A stretch of DNA of 63,988 nt, counting the filler, from Octopus bimaculoides (taxonomy: Eukaryota): the NCBI RefSeq assembly GCF_001194135.2. It is 5 parts of 4 records of this genome, joined end to end, with 100 filler letters (N's around TTAATTAATTAA, not from the genome) between each part and the next. Parts side by side here need not be neighbours in the genome. Positions count along the whole stretch, not along the records: positions 29,397 to 58,947 come from NC_069000.1; 4 more parts are not named here. One strand, given 5' to 3'. The translations under genes were made by a program, and so were the position numbers. This document shows positions 38,322-53,171 of this stretch, one piece after another; positions within the stretch are counted from its first letter, which is position 1; each line of letters opens with the position of its first letter. Below the pieces are notes generated by a model. It was not told the DNA's origin. It saw only the letters and a program-made list of their open reading frames with translations, and did not search any database.

Positions 38322-38464
38322 GAATCTGATCATTTGAACATCTGATAAACAGAATGTGATCAACAAATTGTTCTTTTGTTACGACATTTGTCTTGAACAG
38401 ACATAAACTAATAAATAGGACTCTTTTACTACCAGCAGACAGTGTACTCTGACTCTCATGCTGC

Positions 38465-39075
38465 TAAATACAACCACTTATCTTTCTGTTTCATCCTTGT
38501 TGTGAATACCTGTTCAGTGGTTCGTTGTAACGAGATCCCATATTTTGTTAACGATAAAGAAATATTTTTTCGCTTAAATATCTCAAGAGAATTTGTATTC
38601 ATTTGATCTACATCAACACGATGCTGGATCATAACACAGTTCACGCATCCAGAGAAACATCTTATCGTATGTAACAGGCTGATGCAAGTTTAAAAATCTT
38701 GTCTTCGAATGTCGATTATTACACAAAACACATCATACGACCCGCAGTTCCAGATCCACTTTCAATGTCACAGGCCACCTCACTTATAACTTTAGATATA
38801 TGGTATTAAATACCAACTCTGTGAATTATTATTGTACATAGAAGAAACCGGTCGTATGCTAGCTGACAAGTCTATAGAGCAATTATTGAGAGTCAGCATA
38901 ACTGCAAACGATTGCTTAAATTCATTGCCAGTTAGTTCAATTCTCACTGGCCACTCTCACCTCCATCTTGTGGTTTGTGGTCTCCTATACTACCATGGCA
39001 CTTCTATAATATGACTTCTTCATGAAAACGTTTAAAATACCGTTTAGAGACTACCGCTCCTAAGTGGGTTACTGA
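38465..39075 (+). mobile_element. Penelope-like element, GIY-YIG endonuclease remnant
   Basis: PLIFLFHP, STFNV..NSVNYYC and YIEETGRMLADK..GHSHLHLVVCGL match the PLE pattern YIGETGR.L.DR..GHS..HL.V.GL. A decayed hammerhead-like motif lies at 39572-39603. Confidence 0.8.
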
Positions 39076-39847
39076 AATGACAATAATCGAATAGTTTTCT
39101 TATAACCACCCCTAACCCCAACCCACACAGACACGCACACATGTACATTCGCACAATCACTCTTGCACTCAGCTATCACAACGTCTATGACGACTTGTTT
39201 ACACCAAAACAAAGTTGTGTCTACCGACACTCCCTCATTCGTACATCCGCTCAACCAAGCAGATGTGACATATCAATACCATACTCGTGCACATTTGCAT
39301 CTGTTATGTCAATTTCACTTACCAAATACCACTCCCCATTCACAGATAGCCTTCTTTCATACGCAAACAACCCCCCCCCCTCTACTCATTCACTTAATTC
39401 TTTTTGCAGATGGCTGACACTAACTCATCCACAGCATATTTATATCCTGCCAGAAAGCATACAATTTGCCCGCTTTCCTTCTGCCATGGCTAACAAGATG
39501 GTTCTTTTAAAAATACGCATTTTGTTCTACTGATATTTTCTTTTTATTCTCTTCTTCTCGGCAATACTAAACTGATAAAGGACAAAATATCTGCAACATC
39601 ACCGTTTGCTTTTTCCTTCACATCACTTTTGAACTGCTGCTCCTTTTCGTTTCCCTTCTTGTTTAACTCAGCTCATGATTTGCAACCATTTTCTATTGGG
39701 CAGTCAATTCAGTATTCCTTCTGAATATGTTTATGGATAATACATACATACATGCATACAGAGAGACAGAAATACATGCATACATGCATACATGCATACA
39801 TGCACATACGCACACAGACACATACATATATGTATATAAATATGGAT

Positions 39848-40066
39848 TACGAAGGGGTGCTGAAAAGTCACAGGCTTTGAGTAAAAGAAAATATAGGAGG
39901 ATCAGTTAATTAAGATTTTATTCTAAATATTACCCATCTCAGATTCACACAATTATTGCAGTAGTCCTTCAGGTTTTTCTAAGCCCTGTAAAAGAACTCG
40001 GAAGGTTGAGCCTCCCACCAGGCCTTTCGCGATACCATTAAAGCCAGGAACCCTTCAGCATGCCCC

Positions 40067-40072
<6 letters not shown>
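39848..40072. mobile_element. mariner-derived MITE (~220 bp)
   Basis: Left TACGAAGGGGTGCTGAAAAGTCACAGGCTTT versus right reverse complement ACACGGGGCATGCTGAAGGGTTCCTGGCTTT, in TA context. Confidence 0.75.
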
Positions 40073-40110
<38 letters not shown>

Positions 40111-40284
40111 NNNNNNNNNNNNNNNNNNNNNNNNNNNNNNNNNNNNNNNNNNNNNNNNNNNNNNNNNNNNNNNNNNNNNNNNNNNNNNNNNNNNNNNNNN
40201 NNNNNNNNNNNNNTTTTAATTATATGTATGGAAAACAATTAAATTTTGGAAAAATTAAAAGAAAAGTTTTTTAAAAGAATATTT

Positions 40285-40947
40285 ATAGTAAAGGATAACT
40301 AGTCTAAGAAAATAACATTCTTCCACTTCTCTAGGGACCAATTCTGTAGGTTTTTACTGAAATCTAAACGCTTTGCAACGTTTGTTTTTGAAAGTAGTGG
40401 TTTTCTGATTGCAGCCCTCCCGTGAAATCTGGCCTTGTGCAGCTCCCGGCGAACAGTTTTTGTGGATACGGGGTTCCCGAGGGGGTCATTAAGCTCTGCA
40501 GTAATTTTGGGAGCTGTACTTTTGTGATCCTTTCTAATAATTCGCGTAAGAGTCCGACGGTCCCTATCTGAAAGTTTTGGTTCCCTTCAAGCGTTTTGTT
40601 TCGACGAGGAGGTTTTTCCTTTTTTTTCAAAGGCTGTCATTACGTTCGAGACTACTTCTTGATACACCAAACATTTCGGCTGTTTTCGTTACACTAGCGC
40701 CTGCCATACGAGCACCAAGAATTTGACCTCTTTGAAAATCCGATAGATCTGTCATTTTAATGAATTTTAATTGCCTTTTTCTGATGATATCTGAAAAGAA
40801 ACAGCAATTTTAGCAAAACATACTAAGCAACACTAATAATAAATATAAAAAACATAAAAATAAACAAGCTTTTGACGGTTTTATAGATATTTCAAAATTA
40901 TGATGCTATGATGCTAGGTGTTTCCATTATTTTGTCCAAACCCTGTA
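40285..40947 (-). mobile_element. Tc1-family transposon, 5' half (TIR plus transposase pseudogene 40755->40285)
   Basis: TA|CAGGGTTTGGACAAAATAATGGAAACAC TIR. Protein MTDLSDFQRGQILGARMAGASVTKTAEMFGVSRS..RTLTRIIRKDHKSTAPKITAELN..VSTKTVRRELHK..RAAIRKPLL..WKNVIFLD, with one frameshift and two stops. Confidence 0.93.
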
Positions 40948-40964
40948 TATATATATATATATAA

Positions 40965-41240
40965 ATTTTGATCAGTTTTCTAAGCAAAAATAAGAGAGAA
41001 AGTGATTTATTCAAACAGTGATATAATTACCGTTTCGTTCCAATATCTTCTTCCACCTTGTGGGCAGATCCACTATTCCATGCTCAAAGAATTTCCTGTC
41101 TTTACTAGTGAAAATCTCTTCGAGGTGAATTTATACGTCCTCTTCGGGGTTGAAGGTCTGTCCATTGAATGAATTTTGAATAGACCGAAATCCGAAGGTG
41201 CAAGATCAGCTGAATATGGATGTATATAAGTGTATACGAC
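40965..41240 (-). mobile_element. mariner transposase C-terminal remnant
   Basis: HPYSADLAPSDFGLF..FNGQTF..FFEHGIVDLPTRWKKILERNGNYI (YSPDLAPSD motif). Confidence 0.9.
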
Positions 41241-41635
41241 ACGAAAATTTTATGGAGACTACAGATATTTTCTAACACACATAAAAATAAATTTATGTAA
41301 TATGCTATGTGTTATGTAATTTTCTTCCTTCATGGAGACTGCAATGAATATAAGCCAACTATCTTCAGACTTCGATATTTGGATATAACCCCATAAATTT
41401 ATTCAAGAATGCTAGAAATTCTATCTTATAAAGATTAAATTGTTTGATATACTCTCTGGCATGACATAGTTTACAAAACAAGAATTTGTTATTTCACAAG
41501 GCCTTATTATGAATAAACATTCGTACACACACACACACACACATATATATATGTGTGTGTGCGTGTGTGTGTGTGTGTGTGTGTACGTGTGCGCGTGTGA
41601 GTGTGTGTACGTGTGGGTGCGTGTGNNNNNNNNNN

Positions 41636-41701
<66 letters not shown>

Positions 41702-41747
41702 TGATAGGTAGATAGGTAGATAGATAGATATATATATATATATATAT

Positions 41748-41800
<53 letters not shown>

Positions 41801-42523
41801 GGTAAGTAGGTAGCAGTTAATGAAGTAATGAATGAAGTATGCAAAATTTCTTCAATGAAATATCGTTTGTGTCTTTGGTGCAGCTTATTGTTTTAGCATT
41901 TCATTCTACTATTGCTGGCAAATGTGCTTCTTGGCAATGCTAAGTGTAACTGAGGATGAAGAATTATGGCACTGGGTGTGCTTTATCTGCCAAAATAAAA
42001 TCGAATCAAAGCTTTCTGAAGAATACCAACACATCGATTTTGTTGAGTTTGTATCATCCTGGACATGAGTCCACTATCACGGAAGCTAGCAGTTTCGAGC
42101 CTGTTTTCAGATGACAATAAAAATGTATGAGCAAATTATGCAACTTGCAGTATCTGAATCGTTAAAGTGGAGATTACGTCTATCCATCCATATTAGTATA
42201 TTTATATCTATATCTATTTATCTCTCAATGTGTGTGTGTTGGGGATGGGAGTATATATATTATACTCTTTTTTTTTGTACTCTTTTACTTGGTTCAGTCA
42301 TTTGACTGTGGCCATGCTGGAGCACCGCCTTTAGTGTGTTTGTGTGTGTTTGTGCACGCGCGAGTATGTATATACGCTTGAATACATAAATGCATATAAC
42401 TAAACTAGACCTTTAAGATTCACTTATGAAATAAATATACATCTCTTTCTCTCTCTCTCTGTCACTCTCTCTCTCTCTCTGTCTCTCTCTGTCTCTCTCT
42501 GTATATGTGTATACATAGAAATG

Positions 42524-42574
<51 letters not shown>

Positions 42575-43094
42575 GTGTGTGTGTATATATATTATATATA
42601 ATCAATGCGTGTGCATGTTTGTAAGTATGCTTGCATGCATGTAGCTATGTATATATGTAGGAATATACCCTTATGCTTCCTTCTTTCGAATACGAAACTG
42701 ATTAGAAATTGTAATTGTACCCTTTTAAACACCTGCCACTTACTCCCACCCTTCTACTGTGACCCCTCTATATCCTATTTCAGTATTAACTACTTCTCCC
42801 GACCACTATCCACATCTTTACTCTAATTCAAATCCTGACCAATGCAGTTCATTTTTACCGTCTTCTTTTCATAATCTTTAATCCTTCTCATGGTGATTAA
42901 TCCCAACCCATCCTTTCAAAGCAGTGAAAGAAACTTTAACCCTATTCGTGGTTTTTATCTTTTAGTTTAAATAAGCCCTCATCAGTAAAATTTTTCTCAA
43001 AGATTTATCATTGCACACGCATTGAATTCTTCATTCAAACATTGTTCGCTGTTTTTATGAATTTTGAAACATCTAACATTTAACTGTGTATGAG

Positions 43095-43180
43095 AAAAGC
43101 GAAACACGATACAAACGAACTCAAACACTTGAATCCTTTCATCAGTTGTCGACCAACCAATCATCATAATTTCGACACAC
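43095..43180 (-). mobile_element. Repeat family X fragment
   Basis: Minus strand TCGAAA-N18-CGACAACTGATGAAAGG. Confidence 0.6.
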
Positions 43181-43341
43181 GTTGTACGCGTATGTGTGCG
43201 TGTGTATGTATATAGGTGTGTACATATGTGGATGTTTGTATATGTCTTTATGTCTATATATGTGCATAAGGGAATCTATCTCGGGAAGTGTATGTGTATA
43301 CATGTGCGTCTCAGTGTGTTTGTGCATGTTCTTATATGTAT

Positions 43342-43379
<38 letters not shown>

Positions 43380-44174
43380 ATATATGCGCGTGTGTGTGCG
43401 CGTGGGCATGTAATTCTATGCCTTGTAGAATTAGCAGAGATCTTTGGCTTACTTCTCTTGGTTCATTTATTCTTGTATTAAGTCCGCTTTCTTTCACTGT
43501 TTATTTTGTTTTGTTTTGTTTTCTTTCTTTCTTCAGTATTTATTCACCCTGGATATGAGGACACAACGAATAATTGTTGCTCAAACTCATTTAAAGTTTA
43601 TCAAAAACATCGGTTAGAATAAATTATTCTAATTAGGTTTACAAAATTTCTTGACAAAGATGTAATTATGAATTATAGCTAACAATTAGTTCAAGTATGT
43701 GGTTTGGTATTACTCGAGTGTTTGGTTCTATACATAGTTTGGAATTATGTAACATTAGAATAAACGAAGCGACTCTTGCAGATTGTGAAACCGACCACTG
43801 CATTTCCATGAATTTCCACAGCAACATGAAATTACGAAAGTTATATCAACCTTGTTTACGGAGTTAGTGAGGCTTGATGCACATGTAACGTACACTCCTG
43901 CACAGCAGGCACCTCACAGTCGATCCAACAGATTCAGACAGACAGATATATGCACCTACACAAGCACACACACACACTGCTACACACAGATATACGTGCA
44001 GAGGCTCGTAACTCACCTACGCATGTACGAATTCGCACACACACGAGCTAAAAGTGTGCCGTTCTATGTATGTATATATTTATATGCATATATATGCATG
44101 TATATGCATGTGTAAAGGGCAACAAGCTGCTATAAGGCTAGAAAAACTAAGACCCAACAACATGTGTGTTCATA

Positions 44175-44216
<42 letters not shown>

Positions 44217-44654
44217 NNNNNNNNNNTATACTTATATATATATATATATATATACATATATATATACATATATACACAGATACATATACATATATATACA
44301 TATATATCTATATACATATATAGATAGAGATATACATATGCATATGTATGTATGCATTTATATATGTATATATACATATACGCATAGATATATATATATA
44401 CACACATATACATAAACATGCATACATATTTATATATATAAAATATAAATTCATGCATATATACATCTACATACATACGTGCATAGATAGATGCATGCAT
44501 ATTTGAATACATATATACATACATACAGACGTGCGAAGAAAGTTTAAATGCAAAAGGAGTAGTATTCGATATCTCAAAAAGTAGGGTGTGGTATATTTTT
44601 AATAGGGTACTTGTGTATAAATAACCTATTGAAAAATATATGCATTCGTTTATT

Positions 44655-44880
44655 CTTTTTTTTTATTTGTTTCAGTCATTTGACTGCGGCCATGCTGGAG
44701 CGCCGCCTTTAGTCGAGCAAATTGACCCCAGGACTTATTTTTGTAAGCCTAGTACTTTTTCTATCCGTAAATTTTGCCGAACCGCTAAGTTACGGGGAAG
44801 TAAGCACACCAGCATTGGTTGTCAAGCGATGGTGGGGGGGACAAACACAGACACACAAACACACACACACACATACACAC
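44655..44880 (-). mobile_element. SINE family A tail, low divergence
   Basis: Near-consensus GTTTCAGTCATTTGACTGCGGCCATGCTGGAGCGCCGCC…GGGGGGACAAACACAG. Confidence 0.9.
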
Positions 44881-45425
44881 ACACATATATATACATATGT
44901 ATACGTATGCATATTAATGTATGTGTGTGTATACGTTCGTGCATGTATGTGCATGTGCATACATATATTTATACATAGATGCATACACACATATTTCTAG
45001 AGAAAGAAAAGGGGTAAAAAGAGTGATACACTCATGTGTGCACAGTAACATTTGCATACATGGCTCTGGCGACTTTCCTATCGTTCATAAGGTAGATAAC
45101 GAGATACTGAAAAACACAGAAGCAATTAAGAAAAAAATATAATAAGTAAAATATAAATATTGACATAGGGAGGAAGGTGGTGGGGGGGATGGGTAAGACG
45201 ATGTTACTCTTCATAATTTGACATCATACTGATTTTTATCGTATACTCATTAGTTGATGTAAAACCGGAAATACACACTACCGCCATTCTTATTCACATA
45301 CTCTTTAGCTTTCACTGTACGCTGTTATTGATGTCGTTGTTTGTTCGTTTGTTTGGTTGGCTGGTTGGTTGGCTGGCTGGTTGGTTGGTTGGTTGGTTGG
45401 TTGGTTGGTTGGTTGGTTGGTTGGT

Positions 45426-45458
<33 letters not shown>

Positions 45459-45972
45459 AGTTGTTGTTGTTGTTGTTGTTCATGATGATGATGCAGATGA
45501 TAAGCAGTTCCGATTCAGATCTGAAATCAGCCAGGAGCACAGCAACATTATTTTCAGAGATAGTGTATATAGGATTACATTACCCAATGTGTCCATTCTC
45601 TTTGTTGCTTTCGTTTTTATTTGTTTCCTTTTTGTTGTTGTTTAACCTAAGACCACTTCTGATCCACAAACATACCCATATATCAACAATGTTCCCGCTT
45701 TCTTATGTCATTGTATATCAAGGACTACATTATATAATGTATCCTTTGTTTTACAAGACCGTAAGGTATATAAAAGAAATGTAGCTACTATTTTTATCAG
45801 GGTGACTAACTACGTAAAGACTCTACATAATCGTCGGGCCTGCTAGATGGGTCTTTGAAGAAGACTTGACTGATGTTTCTATTTGGCTCAGTGACCTCGT
45901 GATCCCAATATGGTTACATTCGTTTAATCAATGATCCTAAGATAAACTCTAAGGCTGTAATATGGCAAAGTC

Positions 45973-46026
<54 letters not shown>

Positions 46027-48559
46027 NNNNNNNNNNNNNNNNNNNNNNNNNNNNNNNNNNNNNNNNNNNNNNNNNNNNNNNNNNNNNNNNNNNNNNNNNN
46101 NNNNNNNNNNNNNNNNNNNNNNNNNNNNNNNNNNNNNNNNNNNNNNNNNNNNNNNNNNNNNNNNNNNNNNNNNNNNNNNNNNNNNNNNNNNNNNNNNNNN
46201 NNNNNNNNNNNNNNNNNNNNNNNNNNNNNNNNNNNNNNNNNNNNNNNNNNNNNNNNNNNNNNNNNNNNNNNNNNNNNNNNNNNNNNNNNNNNNNNNNNNN
46301 NNNNNNNNNNNNNNNNNNNNNNNNNNNNNNNNNNNNNNNNNNNNNNNNNNNNNNNNNNNNNNNNNNNNNNNNNNNNNNNNNNNNNNNNNNNNNNNNNNNN
46401 NNNNNNNNNNNNNNNNNNNNNNNNNNNNNNNNNNNNNNNNNNNNNNNNNNNNNNNNNNNNNNNNNNNNNNNNNNNNNNNNNNNNNNNNNNNNNNNNNNNN
46501 NNNNNNNNNNNNNNNNNNNNNNNNNNNNNNNNNNNNNNNNNNNNNNNNNNNNNNNNNNNNNNNNNTAGATATATATATATATATATATATATAACCCATA
46601 ATGCATGCGTGGACATACAATAGACGTGTGTGTGGTTTCTGGCAGAAGTTCTAAATAGAAATGAAACCAGTTGAACCGATATTTCTCTTTCTGCTGACGG
46701 AAATGTGTCTTTTATTCCCCCCCCCCGCCTCACCATATTTCATCTTTTATTTGTGACAGTCATTTAGCTGCGGCCATACTAGGACATCGCCTTGAAGAGT
46801 TTAGCCGAACAAATCTACCCACTACATATTTTTTTGAAAGTGTGGTACTTATTCTTTCCTCTTTACCGAGTCACTAAGCTAAATGCATCTAAACAAACCA
46901 ACACCGGTTTTTATCACCACAGACAACAACAGCAAAAGCACCACTAACATTAACCATCAACCAAGGGTCTTTAATTCCCCCTCAAATTAAATTGTACCAT
47001 CTTCCAAAAAGAAGAACACATTGTATAATGTAGTTCTGTATAACTGTAATGAGTGGTGGTCATAGCTGAAAAGCTTTTGCACAAGGCTATCAAACAGAAT
47101 TGACCCAGGGCTGAACAACACCAATGCAACAAGACTAAGATCACTAACAGTAACACTGGCACCATCACCATCACTACCGAGACGCAAAAATAAACTTGTT
47201 GAACTACCAATCTCTCTTGTCCTCTCTCTCTCTCTTGTCCTCTCTCTCTCTCTTTCTATCTCTCTTTCTTTTTCTCTTTCTTTCGCTCTCTCTCCTTCTC
47301 TCTCTTTCCTCTCTTTCTATCTCTATCTATCTCTGTCTCTCTCACTCTTTGCCTCACTCTGCTTCTCCATCCGTTTGAATTTTTCACTGTCGTTCTATCA
47401 TTCTCTCCCTCTCCTTCTCTCCTTTATTTTCTCTTTCACTACACAGCATTAAGAAATACAACAACAGCAACAACAACAACAGCTACCGCAACAGCAACTA
47501 AAACAACAACAACAACAACAACAACAACATATACAAGAAATCTGTTATCTAATGATGCAGACAAAAATTAGCCGTAACAAATTCTTGCTTTGTTCTCTTT
47601 CGGGACCAGTTGGTCACGCTAGACGTTTGAGCAACAAAATTCTTTAAACGGAAGATTTATTTTCCAACGAGTTTCTCTTGAATAAACCGGAGCTGAATGA
47701 GAGTCGGTTGTATTAAAATTATACGATTCGATTGTTAGGTTCACAAGTTAACCTTTCGGAGATATTTAGTTTAAGCTTAAAAAATCATTTTAGACCGAAT
47801 ACTTTTCGGAAAAAGTAAGGAATATGCTGTGTGGCTACAAATGTAATATTTTCATTTACTTATTGTTAGATTACTGAGAGGTAATATTGGTTTCAAATTT
47901 TGGCTCGAGGCCAGCAATTTCGGGGAGGAGAAAGTCGATTTTATCGACCGTAGTGCTACGAAGAAGGAATGAACAAGAAACAACGTACTTACTACCACCA
48001 ATAAAAAAATATCTTTTTATTTATTTGTCTCTCTTTTTCTTGCTACGCAATTGGAGCTTATGCTGTTTAATAACAACCTCAAGTGTAAAGTCCGCACTTT
48101 AAAATCGCAAAACACTTGAAATTCGAAACGAAATAACCAGCATGTCGAAATAGTAACCTAGATAGTGTTCGCTTTTGAACCGCCCACGTATTTAATATCG
48201 TCTTCATTAAAGAGAGGTATTACACACACACGCACACACAATCAGACACTCCACCACACCCACACACACTCAGAGTACTACTTATGTGCATATATATAGG
48301 TATGTGTGTATATATACATATATATACGTACATGTGTGAGCGCGTGTATGTGCGAGTGTATGTGTGTGTACGTAAGTGTGTGAGTATGTGTGTGTTTGTG
48401 TTTGTGTGTGTGTGTGTGTGGTTAAAATTCAGTGCTTTATTTGTTGTATGAAAACACCAAGCATTCAATTAAAGAACTCAATATTTACATACATTCACAT
48501 ACATTCGTATGTATATATATGCATACATACATGCATGTATGTGTATATACATATTTATT

Positions 48560-48727
48560 TGACGGGCTTCCTTCAGTTTCCGTTTACCAAATCCACTCAG
48601 AAGACTTTATTCGGCCCGAGGCGGTAGTAGAAGACCCTTGCCCAGGAGTGGCATGCAGTGGGACTGAACCTGGATGCATGTGGTTGGGAACCAAACTTGT
48701 TACTACACAGCCACGCCTGATAGATAC

Positions 48728-48774
<47 letters not shown>

Positions 48775-49125
48775 TCATTTACTTTGTTTCGTTCATTAGA
48801 CTGCGACCATTTTTTGTCAACTGTTTTAATGCATGATATCTATTTAATAGTCTCTTTCGCCGAACCACCAACACCGGTCAGTTGTCAAGCAGTGATGGTG
48901 GATAAAGACAGCCACAAAGGCGAGCACGCGCGCACACACACGCATGTACATGCACCTGCACACACACAAATATGAAATCGAAACACTGAGTTTCCGGCTA
49001 CAAAATCTACCCACAAATCTTTGGTCGGTCGAACCTATTGTAGATGACAGTCGCCCAAGGTGCCACGCGGTGAGATTGAAATTGGAACCATGTGGTTTGG
49101 AAGCAAACTTCTTACCACACAGTCA
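48560..49125 (-). mobile_element. Two SINE family A copies (head 48560-48715, full copy 48780-49125)
   Basis: Family A head and tail motifs. Confidence 0.8.
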
Positions 49126-50099
49126 TATGTATAAGTGTGTGTATGTATGTACATGTATATGTATTTGTGTGTTTGTATGCATGTGTGTGTGCGTGTGTGT
49201 GTGTGTATACATATATTTAGCTCAAATTTACAGAAAACAGAAGACGAAGACAGGTGTAGGAACAACAAGCAGGTGTATTAGTTTATCGCTTGGGAAATGA
49301 AAAAAGAACGGAGAGGTATATGTACATGCATATGTTTGAATGTATGTAGGGACGTACGTAGATCTGCTTCGTTATGGTTCACCTGGGATTAAACAAGAAC
49401 ATAAGCAACAACAGATTTAACTGTAATAGGCAAACCGTAACTAGAATGCCTCGAAAGAGACTCACCATGACTAGAATGCTTCCAACCATATCTGTTTAAC
49501 CAGGATGAAGCAACGATGTATGCGTGTATACAACGTATAGATGATTTATTAAAAATCACTAAATTAACTGGCTAGCTAATTCGCTCCACGTGATCTCGGA
49601 AACAATTCAGAATTCCCGAAATATATTTCTCAGTCAAGGCGTAAAAGCAATCGGAGACAAACTACCAACATATAAGAATAGGTCATGACACTACAGCTTT
49701 TATATCAGAAAATCTTCACATTAACCCCGACAACATCTTTCTCTAAATGTGTCAATGAAGGGAGCGTTCACGAGTTCGATTAATAAATTGGGTATGATTG
49801 TTGACGTTCAGCAAACCGTGGTTCTCCCCTCTGACTTACATCCTCGGCACAGCAGTAATCAGTCCTTCTTAATTCAGAACTCTAGACAGCGCTGATTCCA
49901 ATCAGTGCAACATGGAGAACGAGTAATTTGAAAGAACCTCAGATGCGTTTGTATATCTTTGAAAATGATTAGAAATTAGAAAAGATTAAATTGGTGCATG
50001 CCATAGACCGCTACGTATACATACATACATGTATATATATATATATATGTGCGTGTACGTATGTGTATGTGTATACACACACTCACACACGTACATATA

Positions 50100-50130
<31 letters not shown>

Positions 50131-50444
50131 TTCTACACGCGTGCCTGCCCGACGCTGTTTAGTTAGCTTTGTAGTTGGGAATTGGTTAATGCCATTTGAA
50201 ATGATATCCGATTGCTAATTCTATCCATTATCCTAATAAACGCATGCAGTGAGGAATGGAAAGTTTACCAGCAACAATAACAAGAAAAACGCAACGACAA
50301 TAAACCATATGATCTTATGCTTTTTCTACACACACATACAGACAACCACACACACACCCATACACACACGAACACACACACACACATACACACCAAACTC
50401 AGGCACGTTTTATGGTAGTGTGTGTAAGTTATATAAGTATATAT

Positions 50445-50546
<102 letters not shown>

Positions 50547-50589
50547 CTGTAAATACATCTCCGAAGACCGTGCCACAACACTTGTTTTA

Positions 50590-51020
50590 CAATGCCTGAC
50601 AAATTTTGGCACAGGACCAGCAATTTTGGAGTAACGGATAAATCGTTGCATCGGTTCCAGTGTTCAACTGGTACTTATTTTATCGACCCTGAATGGATAA
50701 AAGGCAAAATCAACCTCCACGGAATTCGAACTCAGAACGTAAAGCACTTTGTCCGACGTCCTAACGATTCTGCTAAGCTCACTGCCTTACACATGTCTAG
50801 TATTGGTTTAACATTTCGGCACAAGGTCAGCAATTTTATGAAAAAGTTAAGTCGATTACATCTACCCCAGTGCTCAACTGGTACATCATTTATCGACACT
50901 GAATGAGACGAAAGGCTATGTCGACCTTGGCAGCATTTGAACTCAGAACACGAAGACGGACCAAATGCTGCTAAGCATTTTTCCCCGGAGTGCTAACGAT
51001 TCAGCCAGCTCGCCGACCTA
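50590..51020 (-). mobile_element. Two tandem SINE family B copies
   Basis: Two successive GGCACAAGG…TTATCGAC…GAACTCAGAA…GCTCRCYGMC units. Confidence 0.85.
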
Positions 51021-51235
51021 CATTAGACTAATATTAGCAGAACAATCTTGTTAGAGTTACCGAAAGCAAATGTTGGAAACTTTTGCAGACGTAGTAGTAA
51101 TGGTCGTGGTAGTAGTGGAGTTGGAAGCAGTGGCGGAGGTTGATTGTAGTGGTGGTGCTGATAATGATAATCACTGTGCCAATGATGATGGTGATAGTAA
51201 TGATGATGTTGTTGCGGACGATGATGACGACGATA

Positions 51236-51283
<48 letters not shown>

Positions 51284-52456
51284 CAGAAGCCATTAGAAAC
51301 AGGTTAAAGTAAATGTTATTAGTAAAACTGCCAAATGTGAATGTTTAAACGTAAAAGGGTTATTGTTAATTGCAAGGAAGGTAAGGGGATATCCTCAATG
51401 CATTAAGTATGTTAACACTAAACTATTGTTTTTCATATGGGTGACATCTGTGAATTACTGAACTTGTAAACAATTCTATTTTCGTATACCAACAAATACA
51501 CAAACTTATGCATTTACTTAGAGATTATTATATCACTAAGAGAAAGCCATGTTTTACTAACGAGGTTAGAGTTATAAATAATGTAACATATTCAGAGTTA
51601 TCTCCCGTATTTGTTGGAAAACAAAAACGCAAAATGATATTGTTTTATGTTTTTTTTTTTCAGGGAAAGCGGGTATTTTTTTTTTTTTTGACGGAGGGGT
51701 TCTTTTTCATCCCATAATTATGTTTCTGCTCAGTTTTTTTAAAATTCACTCTGTATTAAGTATGTCATAAATAAGTTGGTGAACAGTAAAGATCTGTGTT
51801 AGATGTAAATTGTAGAAGTGTCAGGTGCAACGCTTAAAGATAGCGGTTAGGTATAATGTTAAAGGTTAAAAAGTCAGTACTAAAAGCAGTATCAAGTTAA
51901 GTTATGAATATGTATGAATGTGTGTGTATGTATGTGTGTGTGTCCAAATAAGAAGAAGACAGAAAACATTATTTAACACATCTTTAATGCTTCGTTACAA
52001 TTGTTTCTGTACCAACTCTATTTGCAACGACAGTTTGCGCAAAAATTCGAAGTGAACATTTACGTAGTTTCCTGTTTTAGACGTTAGAGAGGCACTTGCA
52101 TCAAAGATGCGCAATCACATTGTCAGTCTTCCAGGCCTTGCTTTTTGGCATATATCGAGAGAGAACAAATAAATAAATAAATAAAAGTGTGCAAAAAAAA
52201 TAATATGGGTGACATATGCAAAAATAAAAAAAAAAGCGAGAAAGCAAAAGGGGGAGATTTTCAGACGATGAGTATTTAAGTAACCCTAGTTGAAATAGGG
52301 ATATTCTTTGTAGATGTGTCCAAGAATTGCTTATCCATGAGTGTGAGTTATAGGTAGCGCTCGGCCGAGCAAAGGGTATATAGTCTACAGATGATCTCCA
52401 GAGATTCTCGGTATGGAAGACACTTAGTAGTGCTCAAATGATTCAAACTTAAATTC

Positions 52457-52507
<51 letters not shown>

Positions 52508-52564
52508 TGATGTAATACACGGATGATATATATGTGCATGTGTCATCCGTGATCGTCTTCTATC

Positions 52565-52628
<64 letters not shown>

Positions 52629-53066
52629 ACAATGATGGACTTTTCTGTCGAAGACAACGTATGAGTGTTCAACCTTTTTGTTGAATGATCTGCATAAATG
52701 ATTTGCTTATAGTGATTAAATGTATGTGTTGTACATTCGAACACTCCATTAAATCGACGTTGCCTGAACAGATGCACTGTGTGCCACGCGTCAATTATCG
52801 AAATGATCGCAAAGCATCGTGAGATGAAGTGTTTTGTTCAAGAGGACAACGCACCATCCTGTGAAGGAATTGAAGCAAGGCTCTCGCGGTCGTGAGTGCA
52901 AAAGCCCTAATAATATCATCATTATTATGGACGTATCACTGGATTTACTTCAGGAATCCCTTCATGTCCGGGTAAAGTTTATAACATAGGAGGGAAAGAA
53001 AATGAAATTCACGAACTTCTTTACTTTTACTACGATCGTTTCGACCCATCATGCACCGGTGCTTCT

Positions 53067-53171
53067 CGGGTGAGATGCTGTACAAACAGTTGTGGTGGAT
53101 CATAGGTACGTTTTGACAAAATACATGTGCACTTATGATGCAGCACAACTGTTTATACAGCATCTCACCCG
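53067..53171. repeat. Inverted repeat, 43 bp arms (38/43 identity), 19 bp spacer
   Basis: 53067-53109 versus 53129-53171. Confidence 0.9.

Noticed and set aside
49840-49881. 42-nt minus-strand micro-exon (SSELRRTDYCCAED, donor GTAAGT)
   Set aside because: Weak acceptor, no recognisable homology, and such matches are expected by chance.
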